DNA from: the human T2T-CHM13v2.0 reference genome, Homo sapiens | Direction: 5' to 3' (one strand) | Length of the DNA stretch: 64,000 nucleotides | Assembly (NCBI RefSeq): GCF_009914755.1 | Contig: NC_060936.1 | In this document: one piece after another, positions 26,492 to 40,071 of the stretch | Position numbering within the stretch: the first letter of the stretch is position 1 | Layout: the number at the start of each line of letters is the position of its first letter | Position numbers and translations under genes: made by a program | The notes under the pieces: model-generated | The model's database searches: none | Told to the model about the DNA's origin: nothing | Seen by the model: only the letters and a program-made list of their open reading frames with translations

Positions 26492-29400
26492 ACAGAGTGT
26501 TTCCAAACTGCTCCATCAAAAGAAAGGTGAAACTCCTTGAGTTGAACACACACATCACAAAGTAGTTTCTGTGAATGATTCTGTCTAGTTTTTATACGAA
26601 GATGTTTCCTTTTCTACCTTTGGTCTCAAAGCGATTGAAATCTCCACATGGAAACTCCACAAAAAGAGTGTTTCAAATCTGCTCTTTCTGAAGGAAGGTT
26701 CAACTCTGTGAGTTGAATACACACACCACAAATAAGTTACTGAGAATTCTTCTGTGTAACATTATATGAGGAAATCCCGTTTCCAACGAAGGCCTCAAAG
26801 AGGTCCAAATATCCACTTGCAGACTTTACAAAGACAGTGTCTCCAAACTCCTCCATCAAAAGAAAGGTTATACTCTGTGAATTGAACGCACACATCACAA
26901 AGTAGTTTCTGAGAATGATTCTGTCTAGTTTTTATACGAAGATATTTCCTTTTCTACATTTGGCCTAAAAGCGCTTGAAATCTCCACCTGCAAATATCAC
27001 AAAAAGAGGGTTTCACATCTGCTCTGTCTAAAGGACAGTTCACCTCTGTGAGTTGAATAGAGGCAACACAAAGAACTTACTCAGTATTCTTCTTTCTAGC
27101 GTTCTATGAAGAAATCCCGTTTCCAACGAAGGCCTCAAAGAGGTCAAATATCTGCTTGCAGACTTTACAGACAGAGTGTTTCCAAACTACTCTATGAAAA
27201 GAAAGCTTAAACTCCTTGAGTTGAACGCACACATCACAAAGTAGTTTCTGAGAATGATTCTGTCTAGTTTTTATACGAAGATGTTTCCTTTTCTACATTT
27301 GGTCTCAAAGCGATTGAAATCTCCAACTGGAAACTGCACAAATAGGGTGTTTCAAATCTGCTCTGTCTAAAGGAAGGTTCAACTCTGTGAGTTGAATACA
27401 CACACCACAAATAAGTTACTGAGAATTCTTCTGTCGAACATTACTTGAAGAAATCCCGTTTCCAACGAAGGCCTCAAAGAGGTCCAAATATCCACTTGCA
27501 GACATTACAAACAGAGTGTTTCCAAACTGCTCCATCAAAAGAAAGGTTAAACTCTGTGAGCTGAACACACACATCAAAAAGAAGTTTCTGTGAATGATTC
27601 TGTCTAGATTTTATAAGAAGATGTTTCCTTTTCTACCGTAGGCCTCAAAGCGCTTGAAATCTCCAGCTGCAAATTCCACAAAAAGGGTGTTTAACATCTG
27701 CTCTTCTAAAGGAAAGTTCAACTCTATGAGTTGAATACACACAGCACAAAGAAGTTACTGAGACTTCTCCTATCAAACATTATATGAAGAAATCCCGTTT
27801 TCAACGAAGGCCTCAAAGAGGTCCAAATATCTGCTTGCAGACTTTACAGACAGACTGTTTCCAAACTGCTCCATCAAAAGAAAGGTTAAACTCCTTGAGT
27901 TGAACACACACATCACAAAGTAGTTTCTGTGAATGATTCTGTCTAGTTTTTATACGAAGATGTTTCCTTTTCTACCTTTGGTCTCAAAGCGATTGAAATC
28001 TCCACATGGAAACTCCACCAAAAGAGTGTTTCAAATCTGCTCTTTCTGAAGGAAGGTTCAACTCTGTGAGTTGAATACAGACACCACGAATAAGTTACTG
28101 AGAATTCTTCTGTGTAACATTATATGAGGAAATCCCGTTTCCAACGAAGGCCTCAAAGAGGTCCAAATATCTACTTGCAGACTTTACAAAGACAGTGTCT
28201 CCAAACTCCTCCATCAAAAGAAAGGTTATACTCTGTGAATTGAACGCACACATCACAAAGTAGTTTCTGAGAATGATTCTGTCTAGTTTTTATACGAAGA
28301 TATTTCCTTTTCTACATTTGGCCTAAAAGCGCTTGAAATCTCCACCTGCAAATATCACAAAAAGAGGGTTTCACATCTGCTCTGTCTAAAGGACAGTTCA
28401 CCTCTGTGAGTTGAATAGAGGCAACACAAAGAACTTACTCAGTATTCTTCTTTCTAGCGTTCTATGAAGAAATCCCGTTTCCAACGAAGGCCTCAAAGAG
28501 GTCAAATATCTGCTTGCAGACTTTACAGACAGAGTGTTTCCAAACTACTCTATGAAAAGAAAGCTTAAACTCCTTCAGTTGAACGCACACATCACAAAGT
28601 AGTTTCTGAGAATGATTCTGTCTAGTTTTTATACGAAGATGTTTCCTTTTCTACATTTGGTCTCAAAGCGATTGAAATCTCCAACTGGAAACTGCACAAA
28701 TAGGCTGTTTCAAATCTGCTCTGTCTAAAGGAAGGTTCAGCTCTGTGTGTTGAATACACACACCACAAATAAGTTACTGAGAATTCTTCTGTCGAACATT
28801 ACAGGAAGAAATCCCGTTTCCAACGAAGGCCTCAAAGAGGTCCAAATATCCACTTGCGGACATTACAAACAGTGTGTTTCCCAACTGCTCCATCAAAAGA
28901 AAGGTTAAACTCTGTGAGCTGAACACACACATCAAAAAGAAGTTTCTGTGAATGATTCTGTCTAGATTTTATAAGAAGATGTTTCCTTTTCTACCGTAGG
29001 CCTCAAAGCGCTTGAAATCTCCAGCTGCAAATTCCACAAAAAGGGTGTTTAACATCTGCTCTTCTAAAGGAAAGTTCAACTCTATGAGTTGAATACACAC
29101 AGCACAAAGAAGTTACTGAGACTTCTCCTATCAAACATTATATGAAGAAATCCCGTTTCCAACGAAGGCCTCAAAGAGGTCCAAATGTCTGCTTGCAGAC
29201 TTTACAGACAGAGTGTTTCCAAACTGCTCCATCAAAAGAAAGGTTAAACTCCTTGAGTTGAACACACACATCACAAAGTAGTTTCTGTGAATGATTCTGT
29301 CTAGTTTTTATACGAAGATGTTTCCTTTTCTACCTTTGGTCTCAAAGCGATTGAAATCTCCACATGGAAACTCCACAAAAAGAGTGTTTCAAATCTGCTC

Positions 29401-32400
29401 TTTCTGAAGGAAGGTTCAACTCTGTGAGTTGAATACACACACCACAAATAAGTTACTGAGAATTCTTCTGTGTAACATTATATGAGGAAATCCCGTTTCC
29501 AACGAAGGCCTCAAAGAGGTCCAAATATCCACTTGCAGACTTTACAAAGACAGTGTCTCCAAACTCCTCCATCAAAAGAAAGGTTATACTCTGTGAATTG
29601 AACGCACACATCACAAAGTAGTTTCTGAGAATGATTCTGTCTAGTTTTTATACGAAGATATTTCCTTTTCTACATTTGGCCTAAAAGCGCTTGAAATCTC
29701 CACCTGCAAATATCACAAAAAGAGGGTTTCACATCTGCTCTGTCTAAAGGACAGTTCACCTCTGTGAGTTGAATAGAGGCAACACAAAGAACTTACTCAG
29801 TATTCTTCTTTCTAGCGTTCTATGAAGAAATCCCGTTTCCAACGAAGGCCTCAAAGAGGTCAAATATCTGCTTGCAGACTTTACAGACAGAGTGTTTCCA
29901 AACTACTCTATGAAAAGAAAGCTTAAACTCCTTGAGTTGAACGCACACATCACAAAGTAGTTTCTGAGAATGATTCTGTCTAGTTTTTATACGAAGATGT
30001 TTCCTTTTCTACATTTGGTCTCAAAGCGATTGAAATCTCCAACTGGAAACTGCACAAATAGGCTGTTTCAAATCTGCTCTGTCTAAAGGAAGGTTCAGCT
30101 CTGTGTGTTGAATACACACACCACAAATAAGTTACTGAGAATTCTTCTGTCGAACATTACAGGAAGAAATCCCTTTCCAACGAAGGCCTCAAAGAGGTCC
30201 AAATATCCACTTGCGGACATTACAAACAGTGTGTTTCCCAACTGCTCCATCAAAAGAAAGGTTAAACTCTGTGAGCTGAACACACACATCAAAAAGAAGT
30301 TTCTGTGAATGATTCTGTCTAGATTTTATAAGAAGATGTTTCCTTTTCTACCGTAGGCCTCAAAGCGCTTGAAATCTCCAGCTGCAAATTCCACAAAAAG
30401 GGTGTTTAACATCTGCTCTTCTAAAGGAAAGTTCAACTCTATGAGTTGAATACACACAGCACAAAGAAGTTACTGAGACTTCTCCTATCAAACATTATAT
30501 GAAGAAATCCCGTTTCCAACGAAGGCCTCAAAGAGGTCCAAATGTCTGCTTGCAGACTTTACAGACAGAGTGTTTCCAAACTGCTCCATCAAAAGAAAGG
30601 TTAAACTCCTTGAGTTGAACACACACATCACAAAGTAGTTTCTGTGAATGATTCTGTCTAGTTTTTATACGAAGATGTTTCCTTTTCTACCTTTGGTCTC
30701 AAAGCGATTGAAATCTCCACATGGAAACTCCACAAAAAGAGTGTTTCAAATCTGCTCTTTCTGAAGGAAGGTTCAACTCTGTGAGTTGAATACACACACC
30801 ACAAATAAGTTACTGAGAATTCTTCTGTGTAACATTATATGAGGAAATCCCGTTTCCAACGAAGGCCTCAAAGAGGTCCAAATATCCACTTGCAGACTTT
30901 ACAAAGACAGTGTCTCCAAACTCCTCCATCAAAAGAAAGGTTATACTCTGTGAATTGAACGCACACATCACAAAGTAGTTTCTGAGAATGATTCTGTCTA
31001 GTTTTTATACGAAGATATTTCCTTTTCTACATTTGGCCTAAAAGCGCTTGAAATCTCCACCTGCAAATATCACAAAAAGAGGGTTTCACATCTGCTCTGT
31101 CTAAAGGACAGTTCACCTCTGTGAGTTGAATAGAGGCAACACAAAGAACTTACTCAGTATTCTTCTTTCTAGCGTTCTATGAAGAAATCCCGTTTCCAAC
31201 GAAGGCCTCAAAGAGGTCAAATATCTGCTTGCAGACTTTACAGACAGAGTGTTTCCAAACTACTCTATGAAAAGAAAGCTTAAACTCCTTCAGTTGAACG
31301 CACACATCACAAAGTAGTTTCTGAGAATGATTCTGTCTAGTTTTTATACGAAGATGTTTCCTTTTCTACATTTGGTCTCAAAGCTCTTGAAATCTCCAAC
31401 TGGAAACTGCACAAATAGGCTGTTTCAAATCTGCTCTGTCTAAAGGAAGGTTCAACTCTGTGAGTTGAATACACACACCACAAATAAGTTACTGAGAATT
31501 CTTCTGTCGAACATTACTTGAAGAAATCCCGTTTCCAACGAAGGCCTCAAACAGGTCCAAATATCCACTTGCAGACGTTACAAACAGAGTGTTTCCAAAC
31601 TGCTCCATCAAAAGAAAGGTTAAACTCTGTGAGCTGAACACACACATCAAAAAGAAGTTTCTGTGAATGATTCTGTCTAGATTTTATAAGAAGATGTTTC
31701 CTTTTCTACCGTAGGCCTCAAAGCGCTTGAAATCTCCAGCTGCAAATTCCACAAAAAGGGTGTTTAACATCTGCTCTTCTAAAGGAAAGTTCAACTCTAT
31801 GAGTTGAATACACACAGCACAAAGAAGTTACTGAGACTTCTCCTATCAAACATTATATGAAGAAATCCCGTTTCCAACGAAGGCCTCAAAGAGGTCCAAA
31901 TATCTGCTTGCAGACTTTACAGACAGAGTGTTTCCAAACTGCTCCATCAAAAGAAAGGTTAAACTCCTTGAGTTGAACACACACATCACAAAGTAGTTTC
32001 TGTGAATGATTCTGTCTAGTTTTTATACGAAGATGTTTCCTTTTCTACCTTTGGTCTCAAAGCGATTGAAATCTCCACATGGAAACTCCACAAAAAGAGT
32101 GTTTCAAATCTGCTCTTTCTGAAGGAAGGTTCAACTCTGTGAGTTGAATACACACACCACAAATAAGTTACTGAGAATTCTTCTGTGTAACATTATATGA
32201 GGAAATCCCGTTTCCAACGAAGGCCTCAAAGAGGTCCAAATATCCACTTGCAGACTTTACAAAGACAGTGTCTCCAAACTCCTCCATCAAAAGAAAGGTT
32301 ATACTCTGTGAATTGAACACACACATCACAAAGTAGTTTCTGAGAATGATTCTGTCTAGTTTTTATACGAAGATATTTCCTTTTCTACATTTGGCCTAAA

Positions 32401-33280
32401 AGCGCTTGAAATCTCCACCTGCAAATATCACAAAAAGAGGGTTTCACATCTGCTCTGTCTAAAGGACAGTTCACCTCTGTGAGTTGAATAGAGGCAACAC
32501 AAAGAACTTACTCAGTATTCTTCTTTCTAGCGTTCTATGAAGAAATCCCGTTTCCAACGAAGGCCTCAAAGAGGTCAAATATCTGCTTGCAGACTTTACA
32601 GACAGAGTGTTTCCAAACTACTCTATGAAAAGAAAGCTTAAACTCCTTGAGTTGAACGCACACATCACAAAGTAGTTTCTGAGAATGATTCTGTCTAGTT
32701 TTTATACGAAGATGTTTCCTTTTCTACATTTGGTCTCAAAGCTCTTGAAATCTCCAACTGGAAACTGCACAAATAGGCTGTTTTAAATCTGCTCTGTCTA
32801 AAGGAAGGTTCAACTCTGTGAGTTGAATACACACACCACAAATAAGTTACTGAGAATTCTTCTGTCGAACATTACTTGAAGAAATCCCGTTTCCAACGAA
32901 GGCCTCAAAGAGGTCCAAATATCCACTTGCAGACGTTACAAACAGAGTGTTTCCAAACTGCTCCATCAAAAGAAAGGTTAAACTCTGTGAGCTGAACACA
33001 CACATCAAAAAGAAGTTTCTGTGAATGATTCTGTCTAGATTTTATAAGAAGATGTTTCCTTTTCTACCGTAGGCCTCAAAGCGCTTGAAATCTCCAGCTG
33101 CAAATTCCACAAAAAGGGTGTTTAACATCTGCTCTTCTAAAGGAAAGTTCAACTCTATGAGTTGAATACACACAGCACAAAGAAGTTACTGAGACTTCTC
33201 CTATCAAACATTATATGAAGAAATCCCATTTCCAACGAAGGCCTAAAAGAGGTCCAAATATCTGCTTGCAGACTTTACAG
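26492..33280 (-). repeat. Run of five canonical 8-mer HORs
   Basis: ABCD units start at 26492, 27850, 29208, 30565 and 31923. Confidence 0.92.
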
Positions 33281-34638
33281 ACAGAGTGTTTCCAAACTGC
33301 TCCATCAAAAGAAAGGTTAAACTCCTTGAGTTGAACACACACATCACAAAGTAGTTTCTGTGAATGATTCTGTCTAGTTTTTATACGAAGATGTTTCCTT
33401 TTCTACCTTTGGTCTCAAAGCGATTGAAATCTCCACATGGAAACTCCACAAAAAGAGTGGTTCAAATCTGCTCTTTCTGAAGGAAGGTTCAACTCTGTGA
33501 GTTGAATACACACACCACAAATAAGTTACTGAGAATTCTTCTGTCGAACATTACTTGAAGAAATCCCGTTTCCAACGAAGGCCTCAAAGAGGTCCAAATA
33601 TCCACTTGCAGACATTACAAACAGAGTGCTTCCAAACTGCTCCATCAAAAGAAAGGTTAAACTCTGTGAGCTGAACACACACATCAAAAAGAAGTTTCTG
33701 TGAATGATTCTGTCTAGATTTTATAAGAAGATGTTTCCTTTTCTACCGTAGGCCTCAAAGCGCTTGAAATCTCCACCTGCAAATATCACAAAAAGAGGGT
33801 TTCACATCTGCTCTGTCTAAAGGACAGTTCACCTCTGTGAGTTGAATAGAGGCAACACAAAGAACTTACTCAGTATTCTTCTTTCTAGCGTTCTATGAAG
33901 AAATCCCGTTTCCAACGAAGGCCTCAAAGAGGTCAAATATCTGCTTGCAGACTTTACAGACAGAGTGTTTCCAAACTACTCTATGAAAAGAAAGCTTAAA
34001 CTCCTTGAGTTGAACGCACACATCACAAAGTAGTTTCTGAGAATGATTCTGTCTAGTTTTTATACGAAGATGTTTCCTTTTCTACATTTGGTCTCAAAGC
34101 TCTTGAAATCTCCAACTGGAAACTGCACAAATAGGCTGTTTTAAATCTGCTCTGTCTAAAGGAAGGTTCAACTCTGTGAGTTGAATACACACACCACAAA
34201 TAAGTTACTGAGAATCCTTCTGTCGAACATTACAGGAAGAAATCCCGTTTCCAACGAAGGCCTCAAAGAGGTCCAAATATCCACTTGCGGACATTACAAA
34301 CAGTGTGTTTCCCAACTGCTCCATCAAAAGAAAGGTTAAACTCTGTGAGCTGAACACACACATCAAAAAGAAGTTTCTGTGAATGATTCTGTCTAGATTT
34401 TATAAGAAGATGTTTCCTTTTCTACCGTAGGCCTCAAAGCGCTTGAAATCTCCAGCTGCAAATTCCACAAAAAGGGTGTTTAACATCTGCTCTTCTAAAG
34501 GAAAGTTCAACTCTATGAGTTGAATACACACAGCACAAAGAAGTTACTGAGACTTCTCCTATCAAACATTATATGAAGAAATCCCGTTTCCAACGAAGGC
34601 CTCAAAGAGGTCCAAATATCTGCTTGCAGACTTTACAG
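33281..34638 (-). repeat. Unique double-hybrid HOR: (A/C)(D/B)CD, canonical length 1358 bp
   Basis: Dimer A switches to the C-type end (tcgaacattacttgaag) at about 33545. The next dimer starts as D (gagctgaac, ccgtaggcctc) and switches to B (ccacctgcaaatatcac) by 33776. Confidence 0.9.
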
Positions 34639-35996
34639 ACAGAGTGTTTCCAAACTGCTCCATCAAAAGAAAGGTGAAACTCCTTGAGTTGAACACACAC
34701 ATCACAAAGTAGTTTCTGTGAATGATTCTGTCTAGTTTTTATACGAAGATGTTTCCTTTTCTACCTTTGGTCTCAAAGCGATTGAAATCTCCACATGGAA
34801 ACTCCACAAAAAGAGTGTTTCAAATCTGCTCTTTCTGAAGGAAGGTTCAACTCTGTGAGTTGAATACACACACCACAAATAAGTTACTGAGAATTCTTCT
34901 GTGTAACATTATATGAGGAAATCCCGTTTCCAACGAAGGCCTCAAAGAGGTCCAAATATCCACTTGCAGACTTTACAAAGACAGTGTCTCCAAACTCCTC
35001 CATCAAAAGAAAGGTTATACTCTGTGAATTGAACGCACACATCACAAAGTAGTTTCTGAGAATGATTCTGTCTAGTTTTTATACGAAGATATTTCCTTTT
35101 CTACATTTGGCCTAAAAGCGCTTGAAATCTCCACCTGCAAATATCACAAAAAGAGGGTTTCACATCTGCTCTGTCTAAAGGACAGTTCACCTCTGTGAGT
35201 TGAATAGAGGCAACACAAAGAACTTACTCAGTATTCTTCTTTCTAGCGTTCTATGAAGAAATCCCGTTTCCAACGAAGGCCTCAAAGAGGTCAAATATCT
35301 GCTTGCAGACTTTACAGACAGAGTGTTTCCAAACTACTCTATGAAAAGAAAGCTTAAACTCCTTGAGTTGAACGCACACATCACAAAGTAGTTTCTGAGA
35401 ATGATTCTGTCTAGTTTTTATACGAAGATGTTTCCTTTTCTACATTTGGTCTCAAAGCGATTGAAATCTCCAACTGGAAACTGCACAAATAGGCTGTTTC
35501 AAATCTGCTCTGTCTAAAGGAAGGTTCAGCTCTGTGAGTTGAATACACACACCACAAATAAGTTACTGAGAATTCTTCTGTCGAACATTACAGGAAGAAA
35601 TCCCGTTTCCAACGAAGGCCTCAAAGAGCTCCAAATATCCACTTGCAGACATTACAAACAGTGTGTTTCCCAACTGCTCCATCAAAAGAAAGGTTAAACT
35701 CTGTGAGCTGAACACACACATCAAAAAGAAGTTTCTGTGAATGATTCTGTCTAGATTTTATAAGAAGATGTTTCCTTTTCTACCGTAGGCCTCAAAGCGC
35801 TTGAAATCTCCAGCTGCAAATTCCACAAAAAGGGTGTTTAACATCTGCTCTTCTAAAGGAAAGTTCAACTCTATGAGTTGAATACACACAGCACAAAGAA
35901 GTTACTGAGACTTCTCCTATCAAACATTATATGAAGAAATCCCGTTTCCAACGAAGGCCTCAAAGAGGTCCAAATATCTGCTTGCAGACTTTACAG

Positions 35997-37355
35997 ACAG
36001 AGTGTTTCCAAACTGCTCCATCAAAAGAAAGGTTAAACTCCTTGAGTTGAACACACACATCACAAAGTAGTTTCTGTGAATGATTCTGTCTAGTTTTTAT
36101 ACGAAGATGTTTCCTTTTCTACCTTTGGTCTCAAAGCGATTGAAATCTCCACATGGAAACTCCACAAAAAGAGTGTTTCAAATCTGCTCTTTCTGAAGGA
36201 AGGTTCAACTCTGTGAGTTGAATACACACACCACAAATAAGTTACTGAGAATTCTTCTGTGTAACATTATATGAGGAAATCCCGTTTCCAACGAAGGCCT
36301 CAAAGAGGTCCAAATATCCACTTGCAGACTTTACAAAGACAGTGTCTCCAAACTCCTCCATCAAAAGAAAGGTTATACTCTGTGAATTGAACGCACACAT
36401 CACAAAGTAGTTTCTGAGAATGATTCTGTCTAGTTTTTATACGAAGATATTTCCTTTTCTACATTTGGCCTAAAAGCGCTTGAAATCTCCACCTGCAAAT
36501 ATCACAAAAAGAGGGTTTCACATCTGCTCTGTCTAAAGGACAGTTCACCTCTGTGAGTTGAATAGAGGCAACACAAAGAACTTACTCAGTATTCTTCTTT
36601 CTAGCATTCTATGAAGAAATCCCGTTTCCAACGAAGGCCCCAAAGAGGTCCAAATATCTGCTTGCAGACTTTACAGACAGAGTTTTTCCAAACTGCTCCA
36701 TCAAAAGAAAGGTTAAACTCCTTGAGTTGAACACACACATCACAAAGTAGTTTCTGTGAATGATTCTGTCTAGTTTTTATAAGAAGATGTTTCCTTTTCT
36801 ACCTTTGGTCTCAAAGCGATTGAAATCTCCACATGGAAACTCCTCAAAAAGAGTGTTTCAAATCTGCTCTTTCTGAAGGAAGGTTCAACTCTGTGAGTTG
36901 AATACACACACCACAAATAAGTTACTGAGAATTCTTCTGTGTAACATTATATGAGGAAATCCCGTTTCCAACGAAGGCCTCAAAGAGGTCCAAATATCCA
37001 CTTGCGGACATTACAAACAGTGTGTTTCCCAACTGCTCCATCAAAAGAAAGGTTAAACTCTGTGAGCTGAACACACACATCAAAAAGAAGTTTCTGTGAA
37101 TGATTCTGTCTAGATTTTATAAGAAGATGTTTCCTTTTCTACCGTAGGCCTCAAAGCGCTTGAAATCTCCAGCTGCAAATTCCACAAAAAGGGTGTTTAA
37201 CATCTGCTCTTCTAAAGGAAAGTTCAACTCTATGAGTTGAATACACACAGCACAAAGAAGTTACTGAGACTTCTCCTATCAAACATTATATGAAGAAATC
37301 CCGTTTCCAACGAAGGCCTCAAAGAGGTCCAAATGTCTGCTTGCAGACTTTACAG
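35997..37355 (-). repeat. Structural-variant HOR AB-AD
   Basis: A 35997, B 36337, variant A 36677, D 37017. Confidence 0.92.
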
Positions 37356-40071
37356 ACAGAGTGTTTCCAAACTGCTCCATCAAAAGAAAGGTTAAACTCC
37401 TTGAGTTGAACACACACATCACAAAGTAGTTTCTGTGAATGATTCTGTCTAGTTTTTATACGAAGATGTTTCCTTTTCTACCTTTGGTCTCAAAGCGATT
37501 GAAATCTCCACATGGAAACTCCACAAAAAGAGTGTTTCAAATCTGCTCTTTCTGAAGGAAGGTTCAACTCTGTGAGTTGAATACACACACCACAAATAAG
37601 TTACTGAGAATTCTTCTGTGTAACATTATATGAGGAAATCCCGTTTCCAACGAAGGCCTCAAAGAGGTCCAAATATCCACTTGCAGACTTTACAAAGACA
37701 GTGTCTCCAAACTCCTCCATCAAAAGAAAGGTTATACTCTGTGAATTGAACGCACACATCACAAAGTAGTTTCTGAGAATGATTCTGTCTAGTTTTTATA
37801 CGAAGATATTTCCTTTTCTACATTTGGCCTAAAAGCGCTTGAAATCTCCACCTGCAAATATCACAAAAAGAGGGTTTCACATCTGCTCTGTCTAAAGGAC
37901 AGTTCACCTCTGTGAGTTGAATAGAGGCAACACAAAGAACTTACTCAGTATTCTTCTTTCTAGCGTTCTATGAAGAAATCCCGTTTCCAACGAAGGCCTC
38001 AAAGAGGTCAAATATCTGCTTGCAGACTTTACAGACAGAGTGTTTCCAAACTACTCTATGAAAAGAAAGCTTAAACTCCTTGAGTTGAACGCACACATCA
38101 CAAAGTAGTTTCTGAGAATGATTCTGTCTAGTTTTTATACGAAGATGTTTCCTTTTCTACATTTGGTCTCAAAGCTCTTGAAATCTCCAACTGGAAACTG
38201 CACAAATAGGCTGTTTCAAATCTGCTCTGTCTAAAGGAAGGTTCAACTCTGTGAGTTGAATACACACACCACAAATAAGTTACTGAGAATTCTTCTGTCG
38301 AACATTACTTGAAGAAATCCCGTTTCCAACGAAGGCCTCAAAGAGGTCCAAATATCCACTTGCAGACGTTACAAACAGAGTGTTTCCAAACTGCTCCATC
38401 AAAAGAAAGGTTAAACTCTGTGAGCTGAACACACACATCAAAAAGAAGTTTCTGTGAATGATTCTGTCTAGATTTTATAAGAAGATGTTTCCTTTTCTAC
38501 CGTAGGCCTCAAAGCGCTTGAAATCTCCAGCTGCAAATTCCACAAAAAGGGTGTTTAACATCTGCTCTTCTAAAGGAAAGTTCAACTCTATGAGTTGAAT
38601 ACACACAGCACAAAGAAGTTACTGAGACTTCTCCTATCAAACATTATATGAAGAAATCCCGTTTCCAACGAAGGCCTCAAAGAGGTCCAAATATCTGCTT
38701 GCAGACTTTACAGACAGAGTTTTTCCAAACTGCTCCATCAAAAGAAAGGTTAAACTCCTTGAGTTGAACACACACATCACAAAGTAGTTTCTGTGAATGA
38801 TTCTGTCTAGTTTTTATACGAAGATGTTTCCTTTTCTACCTTTGGTCTCAAAGCGATTGAAATCTCCACATGGAAACTCCACAAAAAGAGTGTTTCAAAT
38901 CTGCTCTTTCTGAAGGAAGGTTCAACTCTGTGAGTTGAATACACACACCACAAATAAGTTACTGAGAATTCTTCTGTGTAACATTATATGAGGAAATCCC
39001 GTTTCCAACGAAGGCCTCAAAGAGGTCCAAATATCCACTTGCAGACTTTACAAAGACAGTGTCTCCAAACTCCTCCATCAAAAGAAAGGTTATACTCTGT
39101 GAATTGAACGCACACATCACAAAGTAGTTTCTGAGAATGATTCTGTCTAGTTTTTATACGAAGATATTTCCTTTTCTACATTTGGCCTAAAAGCGCTTGA
39201 AATCTCCACCTGCAAATATCACAAAAAGAGGGTTTCACATCTGCTCTGTCTAAAGGACAGTTCACCTCTGTGAGTTGAATAGAGGCAACACAAAGAACTT
39301 ACTCAGTATTCTTCTTTCTAGCGTTCTATGAAGAAATCCCGTTTCCAACGAAGGCCTCAAAGAGGTCAAATATCTGCTTGCAGACTTTACAGACAGAGTG
39401 TTTCCAAACTACTCTATGAAAAGAAAGCTTAAACTCCTTGAGTTGAACGCACACATCACAAAGTAGTTTCTGAGAATGATTCTGTCTAGTTTTTATACGA
39501 AGATGTTTCCTTTTCTACATTTGGTCTCAAAGCGATTGAAATCTCCAACTGGAAACTGCACAAATAGGCTGTTTCAAATCTGCTCTGTCTAAAGGAAGGT
39601 TCAGCTCTGTGAGTTGAATACACACACCACAAATAAGTTACTGAGAATTCTTCTGTCGAACATTACAGGAAGAAATCCCGTTTCCAACGAAGGCCTCAAA
39701 GAGCTCCAAATATCCACTTGCAGACATTACAAACAGTGTGTTTCCCAACTGCTCCATCAAAAGAAAGGTTAAACTCTGTGAGCTGAACACACACATCAAA
39801 AAGAAGTTTCTGTGAATGATTCTGTCTAGATTTTATAAGAAGATGTTTCCTTTTCTACCGTAGGCCTCAAAGCGCTTGAAATCTCCAGCTGCAAATTCCA
39901 CAAAAAGGGTGTTTAACATCTGCTCTTCTAAAGGAAAGTTCAACTCTATGAGTTGAATACACACAGCACAAAGAAGTTACTGAGACTTCTCCTATCAAAC
40001 ATTATATGAAGAAATCCCGTTTCCAACGAAGGCCTCAAAGAGGTCCAAATATCTGCTTGCAGACTTTACAG

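Noticed and set aside
30095-30308. Overlapping 65-aa (-) and 67-aa (+) ORFs
   Set aside because: By-product of the 1-bp deletion in the CENP-B box at about 30174 joining short frames; pure alpha-satellite translation.
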